Positions 24,740-38,100 of a stretch of DNA of 64,000 nucleotides are shown in pieces. The position numbers and the translations under genes are program-made. Origin of the DNA: Chrysomallon squamiferum (lineage: Eukaryota > Animalia > Mollusca); contig CM022677.1 in NCBI GenBank assembly GCA_012295275.1, positions 4,526,001-4,590,000 of the forward strand, given 5' to 3'. The notes below the pieces were generated by a model. That model had not been told where the DNA came from, ran no database searches, and saw only the letters and a program-made list of their open reading frames with translations. Positions within the stretch are counted from its first letter, which is position 1, and each line of letters starts with the position of its first letter.

Positions 24740-24852
24740 TATCAGGCATGGATCACCTGCTAGATTGTTAAAAAACCTTGTTAGTCCTCTATGCAGGACT
24801 AATCCTTGAACCCAAAAGACGTTGACCATGCACTCTAACCACTGAGCCAGTC
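24740..24852 (-). mobile_element. tRNA-derived SINE head (degenerate)
   Basis: Minus strand TGGCTCAGTGGTTAGAG (A box) followed ~20 nt later by GGGTTCAAG (B-box-like). No tRNA cloverleaf can be completed. Confidence 0.5.
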
Positions 24853-25124
24853 TATCATCACTATAAATTTAACAAAATGAATTAAGTGAATACGTACCGA
24901 GTACAGTTTCATTTATTTAGTTCTAGAGTACTGGTGAATCGCTACTCAGTTTTGTGAAATCTTATGTTTTGTTGTGTTGCTAATGGGTATTTTGTATTTT
25001 GTGACACTTACCTCCCATTACCATACTGATGCTGAATTAACATTAATAAAAATAATAACCGTGCAATGTAAACTGTCTGATGAAATTTAACTCAGATGCA
25101 TTCAGTTAAAGATCCTTTATTGGT

Positions 25125-25595
25125 ATATAAAATACTGACCAGTATATAAGAATCTATTAAAGCCTGAAATCCTCCATTTAAGTAATACAAATACATGTAC
25201 AAAGGTCTGTACACTAAAACTGAATTTTACAAATCCCAATTCTTTGAGTAAAATACATTTCATAAATTTGTATAATAAAAGATTTAATACAATTTTGGCC
25301 ATGCAACATAAATTAAAAACTCTCACAAAACAATTTCTGCTTCCTAACTGTTCAGCAGCTGTCCTGTCTCTGTCAGTCTGATCATTTCAAACCAGAAGAA
25401 CAGCTCTGTGAGAAAGGCTACAAGGTTTTATTGTCTACCATCTCGCGTGTACAGGATATCCTCCTGGCTGCTGGCAGTTCCAGACTAGCAAAAATAATGT
25501 TAAACATTTTAAAGGACTCATAAAATATAATGCTTCTTCTTTTAATTTAAAATACAGAAATTTACACCAAAATAATCACATCTATATGAATGGAT

Positions 25596-25651
<56 letters not shown>

Positions 25652-25790
25652 TCAGAGAAAGAATTGTACATGATATAAACTGTAATGTGTGTCATAAAAT
25701 ATTAATGTATTACAAAATGCAATTTCCTACATTAAATTAAATCAAACTTCATTAGGTTTAGAATAATAAGAAATACATAAGAAATACACA
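25125..25790 (-). pseudogene. Duplicate of the 6.19-7.17 kb exon/intron segment
   Basis: Same-orientation similarity, e.g. aaatactgacca..agcctgaaatc, gctgtcctgtctctgtcagt..ccagaagaac..gctctg and aaacttcattag..tagaataat, shared with 6197-7165. The middle portion is deleted. Confidence 0.8.
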
Positions 25791-26395
25791 GAACTGACGT
25801 AATTCAGACCTTGTACCTTGATAGGTTTATAATGTTTATAATGCATATGATGAAGCAAATAATGTCAACCATTAGCTGTAGATACAGAGGTAAATAGTTT
25901 TGGATGTCATAGTATTAGTCATATTATTTGCATTTAAGACTCCTATGGCATATATACACAAACTTAAAAAATATCATTTCAGTAGTGTTTTGTACAATAG
26001 TGTATTAATATCTCTTGTGATTATGATTACAAATTATTTATGTGTGTGTGTGAATGTGTGTGTTAAATATTATTATAACAAATAATTTTATTAATATTTT
26101 ACAGTGTCTACATACGAAATAACCTGATCATATTTTTCTTAATTTTTTATTTATCATTACTTGTTTTAGATGTTAAAATACAGCTATATAGATATTTAGG
26201 TTAAATAATATGAAAGCAGTCAATGCCCCACCCATTACAACCTATAATATGGTTAAATAATCATTTAAATATGTTTAATAATGTATAGAATAATAGAGCA
26301 AGTCAGCAATTTAAAAAATAAATCATAAATGAACTGACAGAAAACAACCTGTCAAACAAAATTAGCATATTTTCTTTTAACACTTTTATTAGTTT

Positions 26396-26434
<39 letters not shown>

Positions 26435-26627
26435 TGCGTGTCTTTTGAAAAAAATATAAATAAATAAATAAATAAATAAATCAATAAACCAATAAATTCA
26501 CAAATAATTATTGTTCCGAAATAAGATGGCTGCCATCACTTGGCTTTGACATGTAAATCATAATTAAATAAAACAAAAAAATCTAAGTAATAATAAATAA
26601 TAATACCTGTCTCCTGCACAAAATGAA

Positions 26628-27000
26628 ATGCTTTAAGCAACTTTTTGTTGGATCATTATGCGATTACACCAATTCTGTGTAAAGATTCATCGAACATCAA
26701 ATAAAACAGTAAGCCCGTACAGACCGACAATCATCCCGCATTTATCCGCAAATACAACACTAAAAAAAAAATAATAATAATAACAAAAATAAATAAATAT
26801 AATTCAAAACAAATAAAATAAATAAAGGAAACAACTTTATTAAAATATAATTATGAATTGATGAGTTTTTTTTTTTTTTTTTTTTTTTTTTGTCTTTTGT
26901 TTTGTTTTTAATCTTATTATTAGCCAATCACAAAGCTTAGAACTCACTCTCCATTAAGTTGCTTAGTATTGTCCAGGAATTTACCAATGTTTGATATAGG
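26628..27000 (-). other. Two AG/GT-bounded exon-like segments of unknown gene (stops present)
   Basis: 27000-26947 (PISNIGKFLDNTKQLNG) and 26759-26628 (VVFADKCGMIVGLYGLTVLFDVR*...). Phase-compatible, GC-richer islands. Confidence 0.35.
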
Positions 27001-27101
27001 TCTGAACAAAAAAAAAAAAAATAATAATAATAATAATAAAAATAAAACATTTACAACTATGACAAATACGGAAATCAATACTCTTTTTTTGTTGTTGTAT
27101 A

Positions 27102-27140
<39 letters not shown>

Positions 27141-27319
27141 ATTTTCAAAAGTACCAACTTTATATATATTTAGGATGCAACAAAATTGAAATTCCACAAT
27201 TAATTTTCTTCACGTATAGAATCACAATACTATATAATCTTGGAAAAGAAAATTTCTGAAAGTGAGTTGATATGTTTACATGTAAGAAATAATGTTTGTT
27301 TCTGATGTATATTTCTGAA

Positions 27320-28054
27320 GTTATTGTTATTATTATTATCATTATTGTTATTATTATTATTACTGTTGTAATTATTGTTATTGTTGTTATTATTATTATA
27401 ATATTATTTCTATATTTATTATTATTATAGTTATTGTTTATTATTATTATTATTTTATTACTATAGATGTTATTATTATTATTATTATTACTGTTGATGT
27501 TGGTAATTTTTAAACTCTTTTTCTTTATTCTTGACTAATTTGTAATTATTATTATTGTTCCTACAGTTGTAGCAGTAGTAGTGCTAGTAGTAGTATTAGT
27601 GTGGTTGCTATTACCCATAATAGTGGTCTTAGTAGTAAATAAATAGTATTTAGTAACAGTTTATACAATAATATTTATGGTTACATGTAATTATTACAAT
27701 AGCAGCTGTTATTATTTTTATTTTTGTTATAGATGTTGTACTATGTTGTTGCTGTTATAATTTCAGAACTGTGAAACTCCAGCAAGAAAACTACAGATAA
27801 GATGAGACAAGGTGAGACAAACTGTGATTATTACATTTCTCATCTTATTAAACATAATAATAAATATTTTTTTGTTGTGTTCAGAGTTGTGACAGTAAAT
27901 TTCTAATTTTGTTTTTAGATTTTTCTTGGAATATAAATTTGGCAGACTAAAAGTATATAAAACTGACAGAAGAAACATCACCTGGATTCAAAAGAAAACT
28001 CAACATTTCAGATGACGACAACAGTTCTACATCAGCAGAGTTTGTTACTGATTC

Positions 28055-28094
<40 letters not shown>

Positions 28095-28122
28095 TATTAT
28101 TATTGTTATTATCATATTATTA

Positions 28123-28164
<42 letters not shown>

Positions 28165-28760
28165 GTTATTATTATTATTATTTATTATTGTTATTATTAT
28201 TTATATTATTTATTATTATTATTATTATTTATTATTATTATTATTATCATATTATTATTATTTTATTATTTATTATTGTTATTGTTATTAATATTACTAT
28301 TATTATTAGTAGTAGTAATATCAGTAGTAGTAGTATCACTAATGCTTTTCTCATTATTCTTTATTTCCTTTTTTCTTTAATTCTTTTTCTCATTATTATT
28401 ATTGTTGCAGTATCTGTAAAATTAATACATTTAGTACTAGCATAATGATAGTTAATAGTTATAATATTATTAATACTTTTCTCGTTATTGCTTTTCATTT
28501 TGGGTAAATTGTTATTATTAGTGTTATAGTAATAGTTGCATTAATCATTAAATGATTTCTGATGTAGTAATAGACTTATACAAGAATCAGCAAACATTTC
28601 ACATAATTATTATTATTTATATTGTTATTCTTATAGTTCTTGTTGGTGTTGTAATTATAATTATTTTGTTGATGATGCTATTATTGATTTGTGTTATTAC
28701 TTTATATTTATTGTTATTTATTATTATTATTATTGTTGTTGTTGTTGTTGTTGTTGTTGT
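27320..28760. repeat. (ATT/GTT/AGT)n trinucleotide low-complexity tracts
   Basis: Long imperfect TTA/TTG runs. They produce the spurious poly-I/L ORFs at 28012-28803. Confidence 0.9.
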
Positions 28761-29913
28761 TCTCAGGACTGTGGAGGTACATCAAAGTACAGAAGACTTG
28801 TGATGAGAAGAGAACTCCAGTGAAAGTTTGTGAAGTAAACTGATAATCTAAGACAAAGGTTGAAAGCTCTGATGAGGAAAGCAGTCTGACACAGGTAATA
28901 TTATTTTGTTTTATATAATATACCTGGTTTCTTAACTTATTAATTAAATGTTATTTGTTTTATTTACTTATTTTTTTATGATTGACAATATTTATATGCA
29001 TGTGATTTAAACAGGAATAACAGGTTTTTTTTTAATGTTTTTAGTAAATACGTTTTTACAAAACATAATCTGTGATATACGTTTGTTGCAGATTGTGGAA
29101 AAACATTTCCAACATTCTTAATCACCTTCTATTTTTATTTTGAAGTATCTGAATGCAAGTAAATAAATAAATAAAAATACAAACATACAAAGATTACAAG
29201 TTAATTTATTGTTTTAGGCTGTTAAGGGTTTAATTCCTACACCAAACATTGATTGAAAATCTGGCTTTCTTTCTCAAAAACATCTACAAAGCCAAGCCTA
29301 AAAGCTCCACCTTTACTGTTTCCAATGACAGACTAAAATGGCAGACTCACATTAACAGTTTTAGAGCAGATTTTCTCATCCAAAACAAACTAGTAATCTG
29401 TTACCCATAACACTTACTTTTTTTTGTTTTTCCTGAAAAAAAATATGAATGAAATCCATAAAAGATATTTAAGAATTTGTTTTACCCATTACTTATGAAA
29501 TATTTCAGTTAAGGCATAAACAATTATTTAAATTATTTTTAAACTTTTATCATTAACTTTTTGTTTTCAATGTTTCAAATTTGATTTATTTATTTACATC
29601 ATTATCTGTATATAAAAATAATGTAAAAAGTTATAAGTCTATTGAATACATTATTATTTTTTATATACATGCATATATTATAATTTATTAACTGAGTGTT
29701 TCTTTGAATTGCAGCTGTTTTGTCTTAGACTGGCCCAGTGGTTGTTGTGAGGAGGATCACAGGAAGCCATTCACAGTCATGTAGAGTCAGCATTACAGGA
29801 AGCAGATCATCTTCCAGGCTGGGTCAGAGAAAACCAGTCAGCTGTCAAACAGGCTTGTTACACTTCACTGTCAAATCTGAGCAAAGTTTGCCTGTCATTA
29901 TCAAATTAACTAA
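27767..29913 (+). pseudogene. Decayed exons of an unidentified gene
   Basis: AG/GT-bounded segments at 27767-27811, 28012-28038 and 28767-28893, plus a helical-looking last exon from 29715: LFCLRLAQWLL*GGSQEAIHSHVESALQEADHLPGWVRENQSAVKQACYTSLSNLSKVCLSLSN*. The TGA is likely from CGA. Confidence 0.4.
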
Positions 29914-30209
29914 GTAATTTCACTACTGCTGATAAACACACACTCACTCACATACACAAACACATTCACACATTGTCTAGTAGCAATTATCACTATTGCT
30001 GATACACTCACACTCATTCAAACACACACTATTATCTGAGTAGTAGCAATTATCACTATTGCAGATACAAACACACAAACACACTATCAGCAGAGCAGTA
30101 GCAATTAATAATAATAATAATTTACAATATGTAGAATCTACATAAGCAGAAAGTAATTTATCTGTTATTAAAATGTGGTTAATAGAAGACATCATATTTT
30201 AACAATAGT

Positions 30210-30645
30210 AATAACCCTCTAACTCTAACCCTAACCCTAACCCTACCTTATCACTACCCCTAAATGTAACCCTGTAACTCTAACCCTAACCCTAACCTTA
30301 CCTTATCATTACCCCTAAATGTAACTCTAACCCTAACCCTACCTTACCATTACCCCTAAATGTAACCCTCTAACCCTAACCCTACCTTATCATTACCCCT
30401 AAATGTAACCCTGTAACTCTAACCCTAACCCTGCCTTACCATTACCCCTAACTGTAACCCTGTAACCCTAACCCTAACCCTGACCCCAACCCTAAACCAA
30501 ACCTCAAACTCTCTGAACCTAACCCCAACCCCAAACACTAAACCTTAACCCCCTTTCCTTACCCTTAACAGACCCCTAATCCTAACCCAAACCCTCTAAC
30601 CCAAGCCTAACCCTAAACCTTACCCTTACCCTTACCCCAAACTTA
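30210..30645. repeat. Interstitial telomere-like (TAACCC)n repeat with a ~50-60 bp higher-order unit
   Basis: Runs of taaccc interleaved with ctaccttatcattacccctaaatgtaaccctg. More degenerate toward 30645. Confidence 0.85.
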
Positions 30646-32142
30646 CTATAATTTTATTCAGGAAAGTAAATTGAATTTAAACTTACTAACTTTCCTTAGA
30701 GAGATGGATAGACAGATAAGAAGATATAGTAGATAGATATATATAATAATATTTACTATCTTATTTCCATTGTTACACATTCTTTCTTAGTTTTAATTTT
30801 TTTTAGGACTCTTTAGATATAGTAGTATTACATTTCAACAACTGAAGCTTAAAACATTGTATCTTGGCCAGAAATAGGAGGACTATGTCACCTAAAACAT
30901 TGTGTTATTACTACTGGTATATACAACTCATATCTGTCTCCTATCTTGTAGATCTGATGTTACACTGGATTTCTCCTGAATGTCAGATGAAGTAAGCAAC
31001 ACTGACAGTTACTGTGTTCACTCGTTACCTCTTTGTACTGGAACAAACAAGTTGAAGATAATTATTTAAATAGTTGTAACTATGAGATAACAAAAGCCAG
31101 TGATAACACTGTTTACCTGTAGCACTTTCCATTCATTAACAGCAGTTAACAGAGTATGTTCTTCAGACTGGTAAATGAAGCTTTATCAAACAGTTTTTTA
31201 CTATAAATGTTGAAAAATTAAGACAAGAGTTGGATAGAGAAAAACGCCTTTATTCTTAATTTCACTAAACTATATGAACAAAGAAAAGAACAAAACATTA
31301 TTTTCTTTGTAATTTAAAAACAAAAATTATCATTTTGAATTTCTGGAAAAAAGGGAACATCTACTGGAATAAAAAAATGAGAAAAAAGACCTGAACTTAT
31401 TAAATAAAATGAAATTAGTTTGGAATACGGAGTTAAACAGTGAATAGATTGCTTCATGTTTATCAGCAGCATTACTCTTTAACATGTTTTGAAAGTATAA
31501 TTTAACATTTCAACATGAACTATGTGAAAATTAATGCATATTACTGCTCAGTATTTCTTTAAAAGGTTTATTTAATATTTCACTTCATTTCTGTGAATCT
31601 AAATGTTCGTGTTGTCATCTCAGTTGAGGTGTCACCACAAGAACATGGGCAGGAAATATTTTTTATTGATAATTTCAAGTTAAAATGCCTCAAAGAAAGT
31701 AATGTGTACCAATTATGAGAATTTTCTCTATTTATATGCAAATCAGTTTTTTTAATGTTTCCAGTAGACAGCTGGGTTTTTTGCTGGGTTTTTTTTGTGT
31801 TTTTTTAACTTAAAAATGTGTATGTGTACATGTGAAAGAGCACTAAAATTTTGCTTCTGATTGTATAAAAATGTACTGGTCACCTCAACAGCACCAACCT
31901 TGTACTTTGAACAAAACAAATAAAAATACTATAAATATAAAATACAGTGTAACTACCATCTTCAAATGTCAACTTTTTTTAAAAAAGCGAATAGTAAATA
32001 GTTCACAAACATGCAGAACCTATGTTGTTCAGTAAACAAAGCAAATCCAGATTTGTATCAAACATCTACAAAGAAGAATAAAAATAAAAACTCCTCTGAT
32101 ACATGTTTATCACTCAAAACTGTGTGTATAGATGAAACACAT

Positions 32143-35100
32143 TCACTGCTGAGGGATGCGATGATAAGTTTCGTATTCATACAGAGAAGGTTGTTGAGGG
32201 ATGGAATGATAAGTTTGGTATCCATGTGCTCCAGGATACTGAGGATCTGAAACATAAATACAATGTAAAATCTAAACAATGTCCTTTCAGCTGATTAAAT
32301 GTCTGTATGCTTTTAATACAAATTTGTATATGTCTTTGTCAGGTTAATGTAATTAGTAATTCATATTGTTTTAAGTATTTTATCAACAATAAATTTCTGC
32401 TTAGATGATGTTTATTCATTTTACTTATTAACTAAACATATATCTGAGTAATCAGAAATATGAAAAAATATATTAAAACCAGTTTTCAGGGAAGAGTTGA
32501 ATTGAAAAATACTTTCAGAACTTATTTCAAGTTAAATTTAGACCAGTAAATCTACACTTCACTGATTACTGTTTGTACAGTCATACAATTAAAAAATAAA
32601 TCTACACTTCACTGATTACTGCTTGTACAGTCATACAATTAAAACTAAATCACATCACTGTTATATATCAAATCAGACAGAGCCCTAAAATAAAGTACAC
32701 AGATTAGAAATACATTAACTGCAGGCTAGGATAACCACATGCATCTGAAATTACAGAACATTAATTTTAATTATTTTAAAATAAAAAAATAAAAGAAAAC
32801 GGTCTTTATTAACTGGATTCGAAGATGTTTTAATCTCGAGTACTGATCAGTAATTAATGCTGAAACCATAGGTTAGTAACTATGTTCATATTAATAAATT
32901 TTGATAAACCTGGAAAGCAAAGGAATAAACAAACTGAGATGTACAAAACCCAGTTTCAGGGCAATAGTGAAGTATGTCTTTAAAAGAAGCATAAATAAAT
33001 AAATGATCAGTGTGCAAATGTTACATACATCAAAGAAGTGAGTACTTACTGTTGAGTCTGAGACATGCAAGTGTTACATACATCAAAGAAGTGAGTACTT
33101 ACTGTTGAGTCTGAGACATGCAAGTGTTACATACATCAAAGAAGTGAGTACTTACTGTTGAGTCTGAGACATGCAAGTGTTACATACATCAAAGAAGTGA
33201 GTACTTACTGTTGAGTCTGAGACATGCAAGTGTTACATACACCAAAGAAGTGAGTACTTAGGACTGTTGAGTCTGAGACATGCAAGTGTTACATACATCA
33301 AAGAAGTGAGTACTCACTTCTGCTCACTCCCAGACGTGAAAGGACGTACTCTGCTCCACTGATTTCTGCCTCCTCAATTATGCGACTCAGTTTATGCGAA
33401 CGAATTGTTTTTCTCTGACCTGGAATTGTCACCTGAAAGAGAAGAAGGTTATTTCTTTGTACACAGACAGTGCTTCTTTTATTCGCTTTTTAGTTTAAAA
33501 AATACTGTTTTTACTGTTTGTTTAGAAAGTAAGAAATCAAGGATGTGTACATTATCAGAGAACATACAGCCATCCTCAAGTAGCACCAACCTTGAAAAAG
33601 AACAACTTTCTTTCACCAGCAGCTGTCCTGTGGTTCACAGAATCAAGCTCGTAGACTGGCTTTCCCCACAGATTTTTCTCACACACTTCTTCCAAGAGCT
33701 GTAAAAAAGTTAAAAATCAACTCATTTGAGACTTTCAGTTTGACTGGCAATAGTTATTTTTATAATCCCAAAAGCCAAAGCACCACATCATTTGAGACTT
33801 TCAGTTTGACTGGTAATAGTTATTTTTGTAATCCAAAAACCCAAAGCACCACAAGTGGTGAATATGTAATTAATGACTAAATTTAAAGTTTTTACTGCTC
33901 ATTAGTTCATTAAACCACTGAACTGCTTTAGTTAATACTAGTCTTTGCTTAAAACATTAACAAATATCTACTCCATTGAGTTTTAATTCAGTGGATTCTT
34001 CCAAATCACCAGTATTCCAGTATCACTTATATCTTTTAACTTCAAAAACAGGAGCCATTACTAATACAAAATGTATTGGAAGAAAGTTACCACTTATAAA
34101 TTTGACTGTACTTGCTCATGTTTCTAACAAATAAATCTTTATGTTTCACATTAAATATAGCAAAATGAAACACAGTGAAACAAAGCAATAAAGAAGCAAA
34201 AGGTAAATGAATATAAATTAATTATTAGTAGCTTTTGAAAGAAAAAATAAACAAAAAAGAAAATAAACAATAATAAATAAAAAATAAAATATTTAAGTTA
34301 AATGAAGTTTCAGGATGGTACAATGAAAAAGATGTATATAGTTTCAACTGTCACTGGTAAGAAAAGAATATATTGTTTTCCTCTAAACAAATATTCATCC
34401 TTTTGAATGAGAAAATCTGTTATACCAATAGTAATAATAATAATAATAGTAATAGTAATAGTAATAGTAATAAAAGTAATAAAGTAAATAATAATAATAG
34501 TATAGTAACAGTAATAATAATAATAAAATGCTTTAATAGGCAAGATATTTTAATAAAATAGTAATAGTTTAATTAATAAACTAATTATTAAATGTCTGAC
34601 AAACTGCTTTAGAGGCAGATATTTTAAAATGTGTTTTAACAACTCACTTTTGTCTGTGCCTGATGAAGTAACATAAATATATAAATAAATAGTAGTCACT
34701 GAAATACATTTAAAGCCACAATCTACAGCTGCTATTGTTAAACAGTTACAGTCTTTCTTGGAATTTGTGATTAAATGTTTCCTAGATAAAGGAAAAACAG
34801 AAACTTTTTATTTTTTATTTTTTGTTTAACAACACACTGAATGTATTTTAATCTACACTGATTATAATTTTATTTATTTTATTTTTTGTTTAACAACACA
34901 CTGAATGTATTTAAATCTACACTGATTACAATTCTTTTTGGCTGAAGATTTTACTGATACAGAGATAAAATCTTGGTGCGATCTCATAGACAGGACAGCA
35001 CCTTCCACAGTTTTTCATAAACTCACAGTGTAGATGTGACTGGGATGGAAAATAGCCAAAGGGAGAAACGAGATCATTCAACCTTTAACTTTCCTTCAAC

Positions 35101-38100
35101 AGACTCAGACAAAGCCAGGGATTCCCAACGTGGACCATAGCGCCCCCTGGTGGGCGTTGGTGAGTTACAAGGGGGCGCTGTGAGTCTTTTCTCTATTGGG
35201 GGTGGGCCAAATGCACATAAATGGGCGTTATCTAAAATACATCGTATGACAAATTTAAATATTACTGTGTAAAATAAGCTACAGTTCTATGAATTGTTCA
35301 CACAAGAATAGTAACAAGCAGAAGTAACATTTACTCTTGTATGCAACAATCTCGCTGTGTGAACACAACAATCTCGCTGTGTGAACACAACAATCTCGCT
35401 GTATGAACACAACAATCTCGCTGCATGAACACAACAATCGCGCTGCATGAACACAACAATCTTGCTGTATGAGCGTGTGACGTTGCTGACTGCAGCTCAG
35501 TCAGAGTTGTGCACACGGCTGTGACAGTGTTTTTACTCTGCTCGTGTCAGATCTCAAACTGGGGATCAGGATGAAAGTTCCAAACATAAAAGTGATAAAA
35601 CAAACAACTGTGTGTACTAGGTCACTGAATGGTTGATTTATGTGTGATAATGTGTGATGTTACTGGTCTGTGCCTGCAGAGTGGGTGTCAGTGCTGCTAC
35701 AGTCAACTCTTCAAACTGAAATCTCATAAATCAGTCGCAAACATTAAAATGCAATTTAATTATTTAAACTTTGTTAAAAGTTAAAAATATATTTGGTATG
35801 TTTTAATTACGCGTTCATTTTTTTCCTATCCTATCCTTTAACTTTGTTTAGTTTTTTAAGTTAAAAATACATTTGGTATGTTTTAATGAATTTGGCGTGT
35901 TTTAGTTCGAAGGTTATTGCTTGCAAGTAAGCAGTCGGTTACAATTATTGTCAAACAGTCAAGTTAGTTGGAAGACAACAACTGCAAAGGTTGCTTACAA
36001 CCATTTAATTAACTTAGCCATATTAGAATTCTTCTACTTCAAATATCAAAAAATACACTGTTTATGAAAAAAAATTGTTAATAAAGCGTTTAGTTCAAAT
36101 TAGACATGCTTACTTAAATTGCTATGGTGATATTCTTTGTTTGCCTCTGTTTTACTTATTTTCAGTGAATGTATTTAACAACCCATGATCAAGACTGAAA
36201 GCTCATCAAAATGAAAGTTCAGACAATACAGTATTGAATATCTGAAGTATGGATTTATCAGTTCTGCAAATAATAAGCAACGACTGATGAGCTTCATTGT
36301 GAGAAAGTGCTCTTCAACGAGGCGATGAAACCATCCAAGCTTTCCAAGCTCTTTAAAAAGATGAATCCTCACAAAGAGAGTTTGTCAGGCTTTCCGAGCA
36401 CTTTAAAAAGATGAATCCTCACAAAGAGAGTGTCAGACTTTCACAACAGCCACACCATCGTCTCTTGTGGCAAAACAATCACAAAAAAAGCGACGATGGA
36501 CTTATTTGTTCATACAACATCTCCAAAATGACTGCTAGGTCAGGAAAGCCGCGTTCAATTGGAGAGGGAAACAGGAATAGGTGAAATGCCACTGCCGGCA
36601 TGCCACAAAGAAACTAAACCAGCAATAAACACACCTTTCCTGATCAAAACAGAGTTACCACCCTTCAAGCCACAGCAAACGACCACTACAAACAACACAC
36701 GCACATCTACACCAATGGATCCAAAAACCCAGACAATGGAAAAGTAGGATTCGCCTTCATAGCCCAAGATCACACAAACAAACCCACAGGCAAACAATTC
36801 AGCCGCATCAGAAACCACCTTTCAGTATACACGGCCGACTCAGCAGAATACAACATCTACACGAGGACATACAACACAACAACAAACACACAGTCATCAG
36901 ACAGTCTAAGTTCTGTCATCTCCATACAATCCAGACATTGCTGACCAGGGGAATACAAAACACAACAACAACAAACAAACACAGTCATCTTCTCAGACAG
37001 TCTAAGTTCTGTCATCTCCATACAATCCAGACATTCCAGCAGACCAGACCTACTCAGCAGAATACAACATCTACACGAGGACATACAACACAACAACAAA
37101 CACACAGTCATCTTCTCAGACAGTCTAAGTTCTGTCATCTCCATACAATCCAGACATTCCAGCAGACCAGGCCTACTCAGCAGAATACAACATCTACACA
37201 AGGACATACAACACAACAAACAACTAATCGAGTTGCTCCCAGCACATGTCGGCATCATCGGCAACGAACTCGCCGACCACTACACCAAAGAGTCACTCAG
37301 CATTAAAGACGAAGACATCTGCACCGACATATACTACTGAATAAACGAAATTGTCTCCATCGCTGCCAAACATTACGACAAACAGTGGCAAAACGAATGG
37401 AACAACACCAAAAACAAATGGCACTTGAACATCAAACCACTCACCAAAACACTCAAAATCACACTCGCCAACAAACTACACAACAACAATCTCACCAAAG
37501 CTAGAACTGGTTACTCGACTAACTTAAACGCAATTCGATACAAACATAACATCACCACATCACCCAACTGCAGTTGTGGACTCTCAGAAACCATGAAACA
37601 CTACTTGTTTCACTGTCAGAATTTCACCAAGGAAAGACAAGCACTATGCAATACATTGGAGGAACTAAAAATCGAGTTCACGCTCCAACACATCTTGGCA
37701 CCAAACACGAAAGACAGAGAGTTAGTCCTCGCTGCAGTAACAAATTACATTCTCAAAACAAAAACAAAACACAAACTTTAAACTTTTTTTTTTTTTGACA
37801 CGAAAACAAATAACAATTATATAAATCTATTGACTTGCGGATTGGTTGGTTGAACAGCTAGTGGATCTACGGATGGATCGGCTGATTCACAAATCAATTT
37901 CAATGGCCAATTAAATTAATAATTAAAAACAAGGATAAACGTACTATACATACCCATTTTCAGACAATACTAACCCGGTTATGGATTTTTTTTTTTTTTT
38001 TTTTTTTTTTTCAATTTAATTTTTTTTATAATTTAATTAATTGAAATTTTTTTTTTCTCCATATTCTTAGTCCTAGCTGCAGGATTTATAACATATTTTA

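Noticed and set aside
24740-24852. tRNA gene
   Set aside because: Only A/B-box-like motifs are present. The acceptor and anticodon stems cannot be formed, so it is treated as a SINE head.
9165-25790. One giant Helitron/Pack-type element carrying all fragments
   Set aside because: No Rep/helicase remnant, CTRR-hairpin end or enclosing TIR/TSD pair could be identified by eye.
28012-28803. Hydrophobic 'membrane protein' ORFs
   Set aside because: They are translations of (ATT/GTT)n microsatellites.
30210-30645. True chromosome end
   Set aside because: Short, degenerate and flanked by unique sequence on both sides.
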